This document shows, in pieces, positions 18,694 to 29,650 of a DNA stretch of 64,000 nucleotides. The position numbers and the translations under genes are program-made. How positions within the stretch are numbered: the stretch's first letter is position 1; the number at the start of each line of letters is the position of its first letter. The stretch is taken from positions 36,107-100,106 of the forward strand of contig NWBM01000003.1 of the NCBI GenBank assembly GCA_002633185.1, in the 5' to 3' direction. The notes below the pieces were generated by a model. That model saw nothing but the letters and a program-made list of their open reading frames with translations, ran no database searches and was not told the origin of the DNA. Origin of the DNA: Lachnospiraceae bacterium Phil5. GTDB lineage: Bacteria > Bacillota > Clostridia > TANB77 > CAG-508.

Positions 18694-21120
18694 CTATCTT
18701 TCCATATTACCCTTTTCACTTACATACATTTTCACTTTATTTTGTTCTTCATATATTTTTTTCAAAGTATCTGCTTTTACCCAGCCACGTTGTAAAATTC
18801 CATTTGAATTCCAATTTTTATTATTTTTATTAGCAGACACTATCTTAATAGCTTCTTCCATGGTTCTTGCACCTTGAATATATGAAATATGTACAGCTGT
18901 AGCATTATCACTAATTTTATTTCCATTTAAACCAGAATGATAATCAATTGCGTTATCTTCTACTGCAACAACACGATCAATTACATAAAATCCATTTGCT
19001 GGTGTTGCGGAACTTCCAACTTTACCAACTCTACCTCCATCCATGCCTTCAGTAAATTCAAGCCCTTTAGGTAGTTTTTTCAAAACAGATCCCAAACTCA
19101 TTGACTCAACTTCATTCTCAAAAGAAACTGTTTCATTGCTATTTGTTAAGTTTTCTTCTGGGTTATATTTTATTCCTTCTAAGAAATCATTTTTTTCTTG
19201 TTGATGGTTGTTATCTTTGTTTTCAACAGTTGTTGTTTCCTTAGTTGTTGATTTTGTTGTAGATTCCTTTGTTTGGATAGTTGTAACAGTTGTTTTTTGT
19301 GTTTCAGTTGCTTTTGTTTGAGTTGTTGTTACTGTTCCCGTTTCTATTCTATCATTCTCAAGTGAAATATCATCTACATAACTATTGTTTCTGTCTTTTC
19401 CTTCATTTAGCATCTTGTTCCCCTTGGCTGCTGTTAATGAAATTCCTGTTATAGCCATAGCTGCCGAAGAAAATCCTAGTGCAATTCTTTTCCATAACGT
19501 TAATTTTTTCTTTTCAGAATTTTGTATTTTATCTGGTGGATATACAATTATATCTTTATGTTCTTGTTTTTTAGCCATTTTTAATAATCGTATTTTATCC
19601 CAAAATCTAATAAGATTATTGTCTTTATCTACACCTTTATCTATCTCTTGTAATTTATACACCAAATGAAATCCCAAGTCTTTGCTTTCACCTTGTAGTG
19701 CCTTAAGATATTTATTTGCAGCATTAATTCCTTCTGTTGCATTTCCTCTATAATCATAATATCTATACAACAATATTAATAAATTCGGATCACATTTTTT
19801 TACAGTTTCGTTATTAATGCCTTTAAATATAGATTCAGCTGTAAAATAATTAACTCTATCTTTTACATAGCTTTGCTTTCTTTTTGGATTAGACCATATT
19901 TTCGAATTTGAAATTTTAATTTGTTTTTCTTCTATATCAAAATCATCATCTTTTCTTTTTGCTTCAAATATATACTTGCAACTTTTTGCATCAAATACAA
20001 TTGATGTCAGTGTGATTTGTTCTTTTCTTGTAGGTTGAAAATTATTCGAATTATCTTTTTGAGCAGCTTGATTTTTATTTGTAAGTATTGAATCTGCAAT
20101 TTTATTAATTTCTTGCTGAGCAACATCAGCTTCTAATTTATATTGCTCTATTTCTTCATTTAATGAATCAATTCTCTTCTTGTTTGTGTTTGTTTCCTCA
20201 ACCTCTTTATTCTCTGTAATTTTTTCATCTTTATTACCCATCTTAATTATCAAATTAGGATTTTGGTTTTTAATTTCTTCATTATCAATAAAAGCGTTAT
20301 TTATGGCATTTGTAATTCCTGTTTCGTCAAACAATTCCCTCATTCCGTCTATTTCATCAACACTATTTCCTCTGATAGTTCTATTTGATGAATTTTCACT
20401 TTGAATATTTAGTTCATCAGTTTTTACATTTTCTTTCTCTATGTCATGTTCATTAATACTAGTTTCCTGGTTTATTTTTTTAGCTCTATTCTCTAGTCTT
20501 CTTTTTACCATTTGAGATTCTAATAGCAATCTACCATCACCATTTTCTGATTCTGATAGTAATTCATCATATTTAATTTTCTTCTTAGTGTTCTTCTTTA
20601 ATTGCTCAATTCTGCTATTAATCGCTGGTAATAATTCAATTACTTCTTTATCTGATAAGCTTTTAACATATTCTGTAGCACCTTTTCTTAATTCTTTTTT
20701 GATTCTTTCAATATCTGTTTGATTTTTTGGTTGTGCTAAATTTTTAGAATACTCTTCATTAAATATACGTTGTTCATTTTCCATATCTTTGAATTGCTTC
20801 CTTCTAGAAACAAAATCATCATGTATTTGGCTTGCATTATCTCCAATAGAATCATTTATATTATTAAAATCAATTCCCACATAAGGATTTTGAATTTTGT
20901 TTTCTTCCTGTTGTTTTGCTTTCAATATATCACCAGGTTCATTCAATAAATCCAATTCATACACTTTTTCTTTATATTCTAAAGATGATGGATCAAGTTT
21001 TGCAATTTCCTCTTCAACTATTTTCCTTCTACGTCTTATGCCCATAAGAGTATTAAACTTATATACCTCATTTTTTATTCTATTCTTCGTTTTCTCATCA
21101 AGAAAATCAGATTTTGCCAT
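18694..21120 (-). CDS. Lineage-specific bitopic membrane protein: about 550 aa coiled-coil cytoplasmic part, one TM helix, Thr-rich linker, globular C-terminal domain; function unknown
   Basis: Start set at MAKSDF behind a GGAGG RBS; TM segment LWKRIALGFSSAAMAITGISLTAA. Confidence 0.6.
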   Translation of the reverse strand: MAKSDFLDEKTKNRIKNEVYKFNTLMGIRRRRKIVEEEIAKLDPSSLEYKEKVYELDLLNEPGDILKAKQQEENKIQNPYVGIDFNNINDSIGDNASQIHDDFVSRRKQFKDMENEQRIFNEEYSKNLAQPKNQTDIERIKKELRKGATEYVKSLSDKEVIELLPAINSRIEQLKKNTKKKIKYDELLSESENGDGRLLLESQMVKRRLENRAKKINQETSINEHDIEKENVKTDELNIQSENSSNRTIRGNSVDEIDGMRELFDETGITNAINNAFIDNEEIKNQNPNLIIKMGNKDEKITENKEVEETNTNKKRIDSLNEEIEQYKLEADVAQQEINKIADSILTNKNQAAQKDNSNNFQPTRKEQITLTSIVFDAKSCKYIFEAKRKDDDFDIEEKQIKISNSKIWSNPKRKQSYVKDRVNYFTAESIFKGINNETVKKCDPNLLILLYRYYDYRGNATEGINAANKYLKALQGESKDLGFHLVYKLQEIDKGVDKDNNLIRFWDKIRLLKMAKKQEHKDIIVYPPDKIQNSEKKKLTLWKRIALGFSSAAMAITGISLTAAKGNKMLNEGKDRNNSYVDDISLENDRIETGTVTTTQTKATETQKTTVTTIQTKESTTKSTTKETTTVENKDNNHQQEKNDFLEGIKYNPEENLTNSNETVSFENEVESMSLGSVLKKLPKGLEFTEGMDGGRVGKVGSSATPANGFYVIDRVVAVEDNAIDYHSGLNGNKISDNATAVHISYIQGARTMEEAIKIVSANKNNKNWNSNGILQRGWVKADTLKKIYEEQNKVKMYVSEKGNMER

Positions 21121-21234
21121 AACAATCCTCCATAAAATCAATAAACTATATCAATTTATTATAACATTTAAAAATAAATATAATAATTATTGTAACAAAA
21201 ATAATATAGAAAAAAAATATTTGTAATAAAAATG

Positions 21235-22608
21235 TTACAAATTTGTAATATTTATATTTTCTAAACTTCTATTAGCCATTTTTGTATATCGTACTTTCTT
21301 ATCTTTAATCTTTTCACCCAATTCAGGTAGAATTCCAAAATTAGCATTCATAGGTTGAAATTTTTCATTCTTTGTTGATATATACTTTGCTAATGCGCCT
21401 ATCATAGTATTTTCATCAAAAATAACTTCTTCCTGATTATTATACTTCTTGCACGCATTAATAGATGCAACCAATCCAGATGATATAGATTCAACATACC
21501 CCTCTACACCTGTAATTTGTCCAGCAAAATAAATATTGTTATTTTCCTTTAAATTATAAGTTTCATCTAAAAGTTCTGGAGAATTTATAAAAGTATTTCT
21601 ATGCATAACACCATATTTCATAAATTCTGCATTCTCTAATCCAGGAATCATGCTAAATACTCGTTTTTGTTCTCCAAATTTAAGATTCGTTTGAAATCCA
21701 ACCATGTTGTACAAATTGCCCTCTTGATTATCACGTCTTAATTGTGCAACAGCATAAGGTCTAAATCCTGTTCGCGGATCTGTAAAACCAACTGGTTTTA
21801 ATGGACCAAATCTTAATGTATCTAAACCTCTTTTTGCCATTATTTCAATTGGCATACATCCTTCAAATATCTCTCTTTTTTCAAATTCATGAAGCTCAAC
21901 AATTTCAGCATTAACTAACTTATTTACGAAATTCTCATATTCTTCTTTGTTCATTGGAAGATTAATATAATCTGCTTCTTTTAACTCTTCTATTCTCTTT
22001 TTCCAATCTTCAACATCCTCAGCTTTCGCTCTTTCTTGATCATATCTATCACCCCAAAAGGCGATATTCATATCTATAGAATCTTTTTCAATAATAGGAG
22101 CAGCTGCATCATAAAAATGTAGTCCTTCACCGCCTGTTAATTCCGCAATTTCGTTTGCAAATTTGTCCGAAGTTAATGGACCTGTTGCAATTATTACAAT
22201 TCCATCATTTGCAATATCTTTAATATGTAATCCATCAGTTCCAAATTCTTGATTTATCATTTCAATTTTTTCATTTTTAGATAATTCTTCTGTAACTAAT
22301 TCTGCGAATTTTTCTCTATCGACAGCTAAAGCTTGTCCTGCAGGCACTTTTGTTTCATCTGCAATTTTTATTAAAAGTGAGTCTAACATACGTAATTCCT
22401 CTTTTAATAAACCACATGCATTTGTAATTAAATTAGACTTAAATGAATTGCTACATACTATTTCAGCTAAATTACTATTACTATGTGCAGGTGAATATTT
22501 AGTTGGTTTCATTTCATACAATTTTACTTTAATTCCTCTTTTGGCAATTTGGTATGCTGCTTCAGAGCCAGCTAAACCTCCACCAATAACTGTAATATAA
22601 TCCTTCAT
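21235..22608 (-). CDS. trmFO: Methylenetetrahydrofolate-tRNA-(uracil-5)-methyltransferase TrmFO (Gid)
   Basis: VIGGGLAGSEAA FAD motif; full-length similarity pattern; classic position near topA. Confidence 0.95.
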   Translation of the reverse strand: MKDYITVIGGGLAGSEAAYQIAKRGIKVKLYEMKPTKYSPAHSNSNLAEIVCSNSFKSNLITNACGLLKEELRMLDSLLIKIADETKVPAGQALAVDREKFAELVTEELSKNEKIEMINQEFGTDGLHIKDIANDGIVIIATGPLTSDKFANEIAELTGGEGLHFYDAAAPIIEKDSIDMNIAFWGDRYDQERAKAEDVEDWKKRIEELKEADYINLPMNKEEYENFVNKLVNAEIVELHEFEKREIFEGCMPIEIMAKRGLDTLRFGPLKPVGFTDPRTGFRPYAVAQLRRDNQEGNLYNMVGFQTNLKFGEQKRVFSMIPGLENAEFMKYGVMHRNTFINSPELLDETYNLKENNNIYFAGQITGVEGYVESISSGLVASINACKKYNNQEEVIFDENTMIGALAKYISTKNEKFQPMNANFGILPELGEKIKDKKVRYTKMANRSLENINITNL

Positions 22609-22663
22609 AATATACTCCTTAACGTGAATAATTGGGGACGTTTTATTTTTGCCCCCAATTTTT

Positions 22664-25600
22664 TTATTTAAATAAATTCATAATTTCTTCTTTTGAAAGC
22701 TTGCTAATAAATGTTTCTTTAGTTGAAAGCATATTATCTATAAGTTTAGCCTTCTTTTGTTGAAGCTCATAAATCTTCTCTTCAATAGAATTTTTTGTAA
22801 TAAGCTTATAAACCTGAACATTTCTTTTCTGTCCAATTCTGTAAGTTCTATCAGTAGCTTGATTTTCAGCTGATAGATTCCACCATGGATCATAATGAAT
22901 AACCATGTCAGCCCCTATCAAGTTAAGACCTGTTCCACCTGCTTTAAGTGAAATTAAAAATACTTTTATATCATCATTTTCATTAAACTCTTCAACAAGC
23001 TTAATTCTTTCACCAACTTTAGTTTGACCTGTTAATTTGCTATAACGAATATTCTCTTTATTAAGTTCTTCTTCAATAATGTCAAACATTGATGTATAAC
23101 CTGAAAATAGCAATATTTTGTGTCCACTTTCAACAGCGTCTTTTACAATTTGAATACATTGATTTAACTTGCTACTTTCACCTTTATAATTCTCAATAAA
23201 CAAAGCTGGATGGCAACATATTTGTCTTAATCTCATCAATAAAGATAAAATCTTAATTTGACTTCTCTCAAACCCATTTACAGAAATCTCTGTTTCAATT
23301 TCTTCTTTAACTTGAGACATATAAGACATATAAATTTTAGCCTGCTCTTCTTCCATCTCATTGTTCAAAATTGTTATTGTTTTATCTGGCAATTCAGTTA
23401 AAACATCTTCTTTAATTCTTCTTAAAATAAATGGTTCTATAAGCATTTTCAATTTTTTCATTGCTTTATTGTCTTCACCTCTAACTATAGGTGTTTCATA
23501 TAATTCCTTGAATTTTCTATAGCTGAATAAGTAACCTGGCATTACAAAATCAAAAATTGACCATAGTTCTGATAGTGAGTTTTCAATTGGTGTACCTGTT
23601 AAGGCATATCTTGTTTCTGCTTTTATTTCCTTAATTGCTTTGAAGTTCTGTGTGTTATTATTCTTAATATATTGAGCCTCATCTGCAATTACATATTTAA
23701 ACTCATAATTCATGTCTTTGTACACATCTATATCTCTTTTTAAGATATCATAAGATGCTATAACAACATTGTAATTATCAATTTGCTTTATCTTGTTTTT
23801 TCTATCTTGAATTCCACCATTTATAAGCATTACTTTAAGATTTGGTGCAAATTTTTGAATTTCATTATACCAGTTCAAAGTAAGTGAACTTGGGCAAATT
23901 ACAAGACTTGCTTTTTTCTTTTCAGTTCCATCATTTGAATTTTCTATGTATGATAAAATAACACTTACTAATTGTATTGTTTTACCAAGACCCATGTCAT
24001 CTGCTAAAATTCCGCCAAAGTTGTATGAATCAAGTGTTTTTAGCCATCTAAATCCTGTTTCCTGATAATTTCTTAAACTTGCATTCAAGCCTTTTGGTAG
24101 TTTTAAGTTCTCGTCAATTACTTTGTTATCAATTTTATCTACAATATTTTTATAATTTTCGTCTTTGTTGATATTCTTAATCTTTGAATCTTTTAATAAT
24201 CTATCCAAATATAAACTTCTAAATACAGGAAGGTGAATTTCACCTTTTTCAATTTCTTTGAAATCTATATCTAAATTTGTTTTTAAGCTTTCCAATAAAT
24301 TGATGGTTTCATTCTCTTCTAAATCAATAAATTCGCCGTTTTTTAATCTATGGAATTTCTTCTTTAACTTGTATTTTTCCATTACATCTTTTAATTCTGA
24401 TAAATCAAATCCTAATCCATCAAAATTAATATCTAACAAATTGTTTTCAACTCTTACTCCTATATTAGAAATCTTTGGTTGAGTTATTTGTTTCTGTTTG
24501 AATTCTTCTGTTGCAAGAACTTCAAATTTATTCATATAATGTTCAATTTCATTTGATAAGAAATTGTAAATTGCATCATCACTTGTTAATATTAATCTTG
24601 CTTTTTTTCTATCAAGCATGAACCCTGTTTTTAGGAACATATCTAGTGTTTCAGATTCTTTTAATACATCTCTTGCAATCTCTATATTATCTTCTTGTAA
24701 TGGATTAAATTCAAAATTATCATAGCAGAATTTAATATCTGCTGTAACATAATTGTTTTTGTCGTAATCTAAATATAGTTTTACATATAATTCCTTTGGA
24801 ACAACCTTTTCAATTTCTTCCGCTTCTAACCCATTATATGTAAGTGATTTTTTAACTTTAGGATATATTATTGAAAATAATGTTGATAATTCACTTTTTT
24901 GTAATTTAATTTCATTTGTAAAATTCTTTCTAAAAACTTGTAAAAATTTTAATGTTGTATTTTCAAATTCCTTCGAACATCTATATATAACATTCTTTGT
25001 CTCAAAATATGTATAATCTTTTCCTTGAATAATATTGTATTCATAGATATCTATATTTGGAACTATTCTATATTCATTTTCATTTACTGCTTCAACACTA
25101 AATTCAATTTCTGGCTCCTTATCTGTTATATATGCCTCATATTCTGCATATTCTCTCTGAATTGTTATTGACTTACCTGTATATATTTCAAACAATTCGT
25201 CTAGGCCTGAATTTGAAACAGTTATATATGAATCACTTAAATGACGACCGTAATATCCATACTCATCAGCCGCTTGATTTGCATATTTTATTATCTCTCC
25301 ATATTTCATAATATAGTCTAAAATTGGTATACTATCTTCATCAAAAAACAATTTATTATGTATAAATTCAAGCTTCAAACCATATTTATAACTTTCACTA
25401 TTTAGCATTCTTTCATAAAATTCAGGTAAACTTTTTAATCTATATAGCTGTTGTTCTCCAATTTTGAATTCAAGTTTTATATTTGTGTTATATTTATCTA
25501 TTAATAATGTTGGGATAATTTTGACATTTTTGTTTTTAGAACTTCCTAATATTTTCTCTTCATTGTTTGAAATATCATAATAAAATTCATTTACAAGTTG

Positions 25601-26005
25601 TTTAAACACTTTATATTCTTTTGAATTTATGTTTTCATTTTTTTCTTTTAGTATAATTGCTTCTTTATTTTTATGGTCTTGTTTTCCTGTAAATATTCTT
25701 ATATAGTCAGGATTTTTATCAAATTCAACCATAGTTGCGACAATATGTTTACATGCAGCATAATTCTTTTTATAGTCAGGGCATTCACATCTTAAATCTT
25801 CTAATTCATTATCTTGAACTTTAATATAAACATTATATGTATCATTATTTCCTTTTACCCTTGATCTTAATTCGAAATTGTTTTTATCTTCATATATAAC
25901 TTTTGTTATATCCACTCGTTTTTTTGCAACATACTCCATTGCTTTTTCTTTTCGTGTTGTACCTGCATCATAGCACAAATCTTGCAAAAGTTCTGGATTT
26001 ACCAT
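22664..26005 (-). CDS. SNF2-family helicase/translocase with an N-terminal SWIM zinc finger
   Basis: CECPDYKKNYAACKH SWIM motif; DDMGLGKT, DEAQYIKN, LTGTPIEN, QATDRTYRIGQ helicase motifs. Confidence 0.9.
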   Translation of the reverse strand: MVNPELLQDLCYDAGTTRKEKAMEYVAKKRVDITKVIYEDKNNFELRSRVKGNNDTYNVYIKVQDNELEDLRCECPDYKKNYAACKHIVATMVEFDKNPDYIRIFTGKQDHKNKEAIILKEKNENINSKEYKVFKQLVNEFYYDISNNEEKILGSSKNKNVKIIPTLLIDKYNTNIKLEFKIGEQQLYRLKSLPEFYERMLNSESYKYGLKLEFIHNKLFFDEDSIPILDYIMKYGEIIKYANQAADEYGYYGRHLSDSYITVSNSGLDELFEIYTGKSITIQREYAEYEAYITDKEPEIEFSVEAVNENEYRIVPNIDIYEYNIIQGKDYTYFETKNVIYRCSKEFENTTLKFLQVFRKNFTNEIKLQKSELSTLFSIIYPKVKKSLTYNGLEAEEIEKVVPKELYVKLYLDYDKNNYVTADIKFCYDNFEFNPLQEDNIEIARDVLKESETLDMFLKTGFMLDRKKARLILTSDDAIYNFLSNEIEHYMNKFEVLATEEFKQKQITQPKISNIGVRVENNLLDINFDGLGFDLSELKDVMEKYKLKKKFHRLKNGEFIDLEENETINLLESLKTNLDIDFKEIEKGEIHLPVFRSLYLDRLLKDSKIKNINKDENYKNIVDKIDNKVIDENLKLPKGLNASLRNYQETGFRWLKTLDSYNFGGILADDMGLGKTIQLVSVILSYIENSNDGTEKKKASLVICPSSLTLNWYNEIQKFAPNLKVMLINGGIQDRKNKIKQIDNYNVVIASYDILKRDIDVYKDMNYEFKYVIADEAQYIKNNNTQNFKAIKEIKAETRYALTGTPIENSLSELWSIFDFVMPGYLFSYRKFKELYETPIVRGEDNKAMKKLKMLIEPFILRRIKEDVLTELPDKTITILNNEMEEEQAKIYMSYMSQVKEEIETEISVNGFERSQIKILSLLMRLRQICCHPALFIENYKGESSKLNQCIQIVKDAVESGHKILLFSGYTSMFDIIEEELNKENIRYSKLTGQTKVGERIKLVEEFNENDDIKVFLISLKAGGTGLNLIGADMVIHYDPWWNLSAENQATDRTYRIGQKRNVQVYKLITKNSIEEKIYELQQKKAKLIDNMLSTKETFISKLSKEEIMNLFK

Positions 26006-26119
26006 TTTATTATTCCCCTCATTTATTTCGTTAATTTACAATTACTTATTATAATATACTTTTAACTTTTTAGCAATACCATTTATATATTTTTTTACAA
26101 TGTGAATCATTTGTTTTCG

Positions 26120-26148
26120 TTGACATAATTTGGTATTTATGCTATAAT
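26120..26148 (+). promoter_or_regulatory. Consensus sigma-70 type promoter
   Basis: TTGACA-17 nt-TATAAT, followed by an AAAGGAGGA RBS before the ATG at 26207. Confidence 0.7.
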
Positions 26149-26206
26149 ATTTTTTGAAGCATTATTGCTTTACATTTAAAACAATTAAATAAAGGAGGAT
26201 ACAAAA

Positions 26207-27061
26207 ATGGATACTGCGCGGTTCATGCAAGAAGTAGCCTGTCGTCCAGATGATGTTGAACTTGTTTTTCATAATCTTTCAAAAAAAGATGTATATGAAT
26301 CATACAAGAACAGCACCAATATTTGCGGGCTTATCGAATCCTTAGACATTGAGAATGAATGTTTCAAGGTAAAACTTGGCGATAATCTATATGCCACGCT
26401 CCCCTTTGAGCAAGCATTTATTCAAGACGGAATAGAAATGACACACATTATTTCCTCAGGGCTAAAGGTACCTGGACATTATGCTAATTCTATAGTTAAC
26501 ACAAAAATCAATGTAAAAGTGACATTTTTTTCCGACGAAGAGATTATTTTAACAAGAAGACCTGCTCTCACGGAAGCCCTAAGACAAATTACTAGGCAAA
26601 TTCAGAGAAACAAAATCACATTTTATTGCAGAGCATTGAGTTTCTCTCGGAAAAGCGTTTTTGTTGACATCGGTGGAGGCATTCTTGGAAATATCCCTAT
26701 CAGTGCTTTGTCATTGGTCCACTATACGGATATTAACAGATGGATACGGAAGGGAGACTGCTTTTTTGCAAATCTTTTCCAGCCTCAGATTGACAATTTT
26801 TTCACATTGTCGCGCAAAGATTTTTACACTCAGAACTCTTTTGCAGAAGAATTAAAAGTCCATGATATAATTACGGTTACTGTTGGTCATAGAGTGCCAA
26901 AGAATGATGGATACTATGTAGAAATCACTCCAGGAATTGCTGGAATAATTGATTCCTTTAAATCAATTCCTGAAGGTACTATTAAATTAGGGGTGATCAG
27001 CAAAATAATCAAAACTCCTAATTCTCCTTGCGGATATCACTTTAGAATTAAAGAGTATTAA
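26207..27061 (+). CDS. Protein with three S1-like OB-fold repeats (RNA-binding-like), of atypical composition
   Basis: Three G-x-I/V...V-x-L/I-G...G-x-L/I-P S1-like segments; visibly G+C-richer than its flanks; three in-frame CGG codons. Confidence 0.55.
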   Translation: MDTARFMQEVACRPDDVELVFHNLSKKDVYESYKNSTNICGLIESLDIENECFKVKLGDNLYATLPFEQAFIQDGIEMTHIISSGLKVPGHYANSIVNTKINVKVTFFSDEEIILTRRPALTEALRQITRQIQRNKITFYCRALSFSRKSVFVDIGGGILGNIPISALSLVHYTDINRWIRKGDCFFANLFQPQIDNFFTLSRKDFYTQNSFAEELKVHDIITVTVGHRVPKNDGYYVEITPGIAGIIDSFKSIPEGTIKLGVISKIIKTPNSPCGYHFRIKEY

Positions 27062-27068
27062 TTGTTTT

Positions 27069-27108
27069 AAGCGGAGAGGTACTATACCTTTCCGCTTATT
27101 TTATTTTG
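27069..27108 (+). terminator. Terminator of the S1-like gene
   Basis: AAGCGGAGAGGTA/TACCTTTCCGCTT stem followed by a T-rich run. Confidence 0.7.
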
Positions 27109-29188
27109 TTGTTTTTCTATTTGTTTTTCTTTTTGTAGTTTTTCTTTTTTTGGTTTGATCATTACTTTCAATTTGCTCTGATGTTTCAGGATTCCATACT
27201 TCACCTACTGTAGGCTTGTTCCATGAAATATAATTACATTTTTCTGGATTATTTTCACAAATATAATAGTTCTTTCTTCTTTTTGTTTTTCTAATTTGCA
27301 CAACTCCTCCACATGCAGGGCATGGAACATCTATTGTTTCTACAATTGGTTTTGCATTTCTACATTCTGGAAAACCTGGACATGCTAGGAATTTACCATA
27401 TCTACCATATTTGTATACCATCATTCTTCCACATTTATCACACGGTACATCTGATACTTCATCTTCTAAAACAACATGCTCTAGTTCTTTTTCAACTCTT
27501 GAAAGTTCTACTGAAAATGGTCCATAGAATTCTCTAATAACATCTTTCCAGAACTCTTTTCCTTCTGCTATAGAATCAAAATCCTCTTCTATTTTAGCAG
27601 TAAATTCAACATTTATTATGTCTCCAAAATTTTCTATCAACAATTTATTAACAACTTTTCCTAATTCTGTTGGATATAATTGTTTTTTATCTTTTTGGAT
27701 ATATCTTCTTTCCAAAATAGTTGTTATTGTTGGTGAATATGTACTTGGTCTTCCTATTCCTTTTTCTTCTAAGCTTTTTACCAAACTAGCTTCTGTATAT
27801 CTGGCAGGTGGCTCTGTAAAACTTTGTTTAGGTTCTAGTTGCTTTAATTCTAGTTGCTCACCTATTTCTAGTTCTGGTAAATTAACTATATCATCTTTGT
27901 TTTTCTTACTATTGCTGTTGTCTTCATCTTCAACATACAACGTCATAAATCCTTTGAATTTTAATGTTTGACCATTTGCTTTAAATATATAATTATTTAC
28001 ATCTATATCAACAGTTGTTGTATCATATATTGCTGTTGCCATTTGGCTTGCTATAAATCTGTTATATATTAAATTGTATAATTTGTATTGCTCTGGTGTC
28101 AATGAATCTTTTACTTTATCTGGACTTAAGTCTATATATGTTGGACGAATTGCTTCATGGGCATCTTGAGAATTATCTTTTGTTTTATAATATCTATTTT
28201 CATAGTATTCTTTTCCATAAGTATTCTCTATATATTCTTTTGCAGCACTGCGAGCCACTTCAGAAATTCTTGTTGAATCTGTTCTCATATATGTAATTAA
28301 ACCAACTCTTCCTTTTTCAGGAACTTTTACACCTTCATATAATCCTTGAGCAGTTGCCATTGTTTTCTTTAATGTGAAATTTAACTTTCTAGAAGCTTCT
28401 TGTTGCATTGTACTTGTTGTAAATGGTGGTGCTGGATTTTTCTTCTTCTCTGATTTAACAATATTTTTTACAATATATTTTCCGTTTTCTATACTTTTAA
28501 GAATTTTTTCTACTTCTTCTTGAGAATGAATATCTAACTTTTGTTCATCTGTACCATAGAATTTTGCTTGGAATACCTTTTTATCTTTATTTTTCTTTAA
28601 ATTAGCAACAATATTCCAATATTCTTCTGGCTTGAAGTTTTCAATTTCCTCTTCTCTATCGCAAATAAGTTTAACTGCAACAGATTGAACTCTTCCTGCT
28701 GATAATCCTTTTTTTACTTTTTTCCATAATAAAGGACTTATCTTATAACCCACAATTCTATCCAAAACTCTACGTGCTTGTTGAGCATCTGTTAAATTTT
28801 TATCAATTTTTCTAGGTTCTTTTATTGATTTTTGAACAGCATTTTTTGTAATTTCATTAAAAGTCACTCTGCATACACTATCTTCTGGTATTTCTAATAT
28901 ATGTGCTAAATGCCATGCAATTGCCTCTCCTTCACGGTCAGGGTCAGTTGCAAGATACACAGTTTTTGCACTTTTTGCTTCTCTTTTTAATTCTTTTATT
29001 AGATCTCCTTTCCCACGAATATTTATATATTCAGGTTCGAAATCTTTTTCAATATCTACACCCAACTTTGATTTTGGCAAATCACGTATGTGCCCCATTG
29101 ATGCAAGTACTTTGGTACTTCCTCCTATAAACTTTGTAATTGTATTTGCCTTAGCTGGTGATTCAACAATTATTAATTTATCAGCCAT
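27101..29188 (-). CDS. topA: DNA topoisomerase I
   Basis: TOPRIM N-terminus (IVESPAKA); catalytic-Tyr region (YMRTDS); C-terminal CxxC zinc ribbons. Confidence 0.97.
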   Translation of the reverse strand: MADKLIIVESPAKANTITKFIGGSTKVLASMGHIRDLPKSKLGVDIEKDFEPEYINIRGKGDLIKELKREAKSAKTVYLATDPDREGEAIAWHLAHILEIPEDSVCRVTFNEITKNAVQKSIKEPRKIDKNLTDAQQARRVLDRIVGYKISPLLWKKVKKGLSAGRVQSVAVKLICDREEEIENFKPEEYWNIVANLKKNKDKKVFQAKFYGTDEQKLDIHSQEEVEKILKSIENGKYIVKNIVKSEKKKNPAPPFTTSTMQQEASRKLNFTLKKTMATAQGLYEGVKVPEKGRVGLITYMRTDSTRISEVARSAAKEYIENTYGKEYYENRYYKTKDNSQDAHEAIRPTYIDLSPDKVKDSLTPEQYKLYNLIYNRFIASQMATAIYDTTTVDIDVNNYIFKANGQTLKFKGFMTLYVEDEDNSNSKKNKDDIVNLPELEIGEQLELKQLEPKQSFTEPPARYTEASLVKSLEEKGIGRPSTYSPTITTILERRYIQKDKKQLYPTELGKVVNKLLIENFGDIINVEFTAKIEEDFDSIAEGKEFWKDVIREFYGPFSVELSRVEKELEHVVLEDEVSDVPCDKCGRMMVYKYGRYGKFLACPGFPECRNAKPIVETIDVPCPACGGVVQIRKTKRRKNYYICENNPEKCNYISWNKPTVGEVWNPETSEQIESNDQTKKRKTTKRKTNRKTTK

Positions 29189-29264
29189 TACAACACTCCT
29201 CTTTTTTTATTACTAATCTATTCTAGACTAAAAAAACATTTTTTTCAACCCCTAAATTTAAAAA

Positions 29265-29630
29265 TTATAAAACATTTTTTAAATGATTCAGTTTATATCT
29301 ATAATGACTTGCATCAACTACTACCTCTATTACATCAAGTCTAACATATCTATTTTCCATTCTGTTACAATATAAATAGTATTTAGCACTATTTAAAATA
29401 TGCCTTTGCTTTACTACATTAACCGCTTCTGATGGAAAACCGAACTTAAAATCTGTACGTGTTTTTACCTCCACAAAAACAATCTCATTGTTTTTATTAT
29501 CATAAGCAACAATATCAATTTCGCCTTGCCTACATCTAAAATTTCGTTCAATAATTTTATAGTTACTTTTAACTAAATAGTCACAAGAAACATCCTCTCC
29601 GAATTTTCCTATCGCTTGCTTGGTATACAT
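29265..29630 (-). CDS. yraN: YraN-family (UPF0102) endonuclease-like protein
   Basis: GEDVSCDYL...GEIDIVA...VFVEVKTR motif pattern. Confidence 0.85.
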   Translation of the reverse strand: MYTKQAIGKFGEDVSCDYLVKSNYKIIERNFRCRQGEIDIVAYDNKNNEIVFVEVKTRTDFKFGFPSEAVNVVKQRHILNSAKYYLYCNRMENRYVRLDVIEVVVDASHYRYKLNHLKNVL

Positions 29631-29650
29631 ATATATTCTCCTTGTCTATT

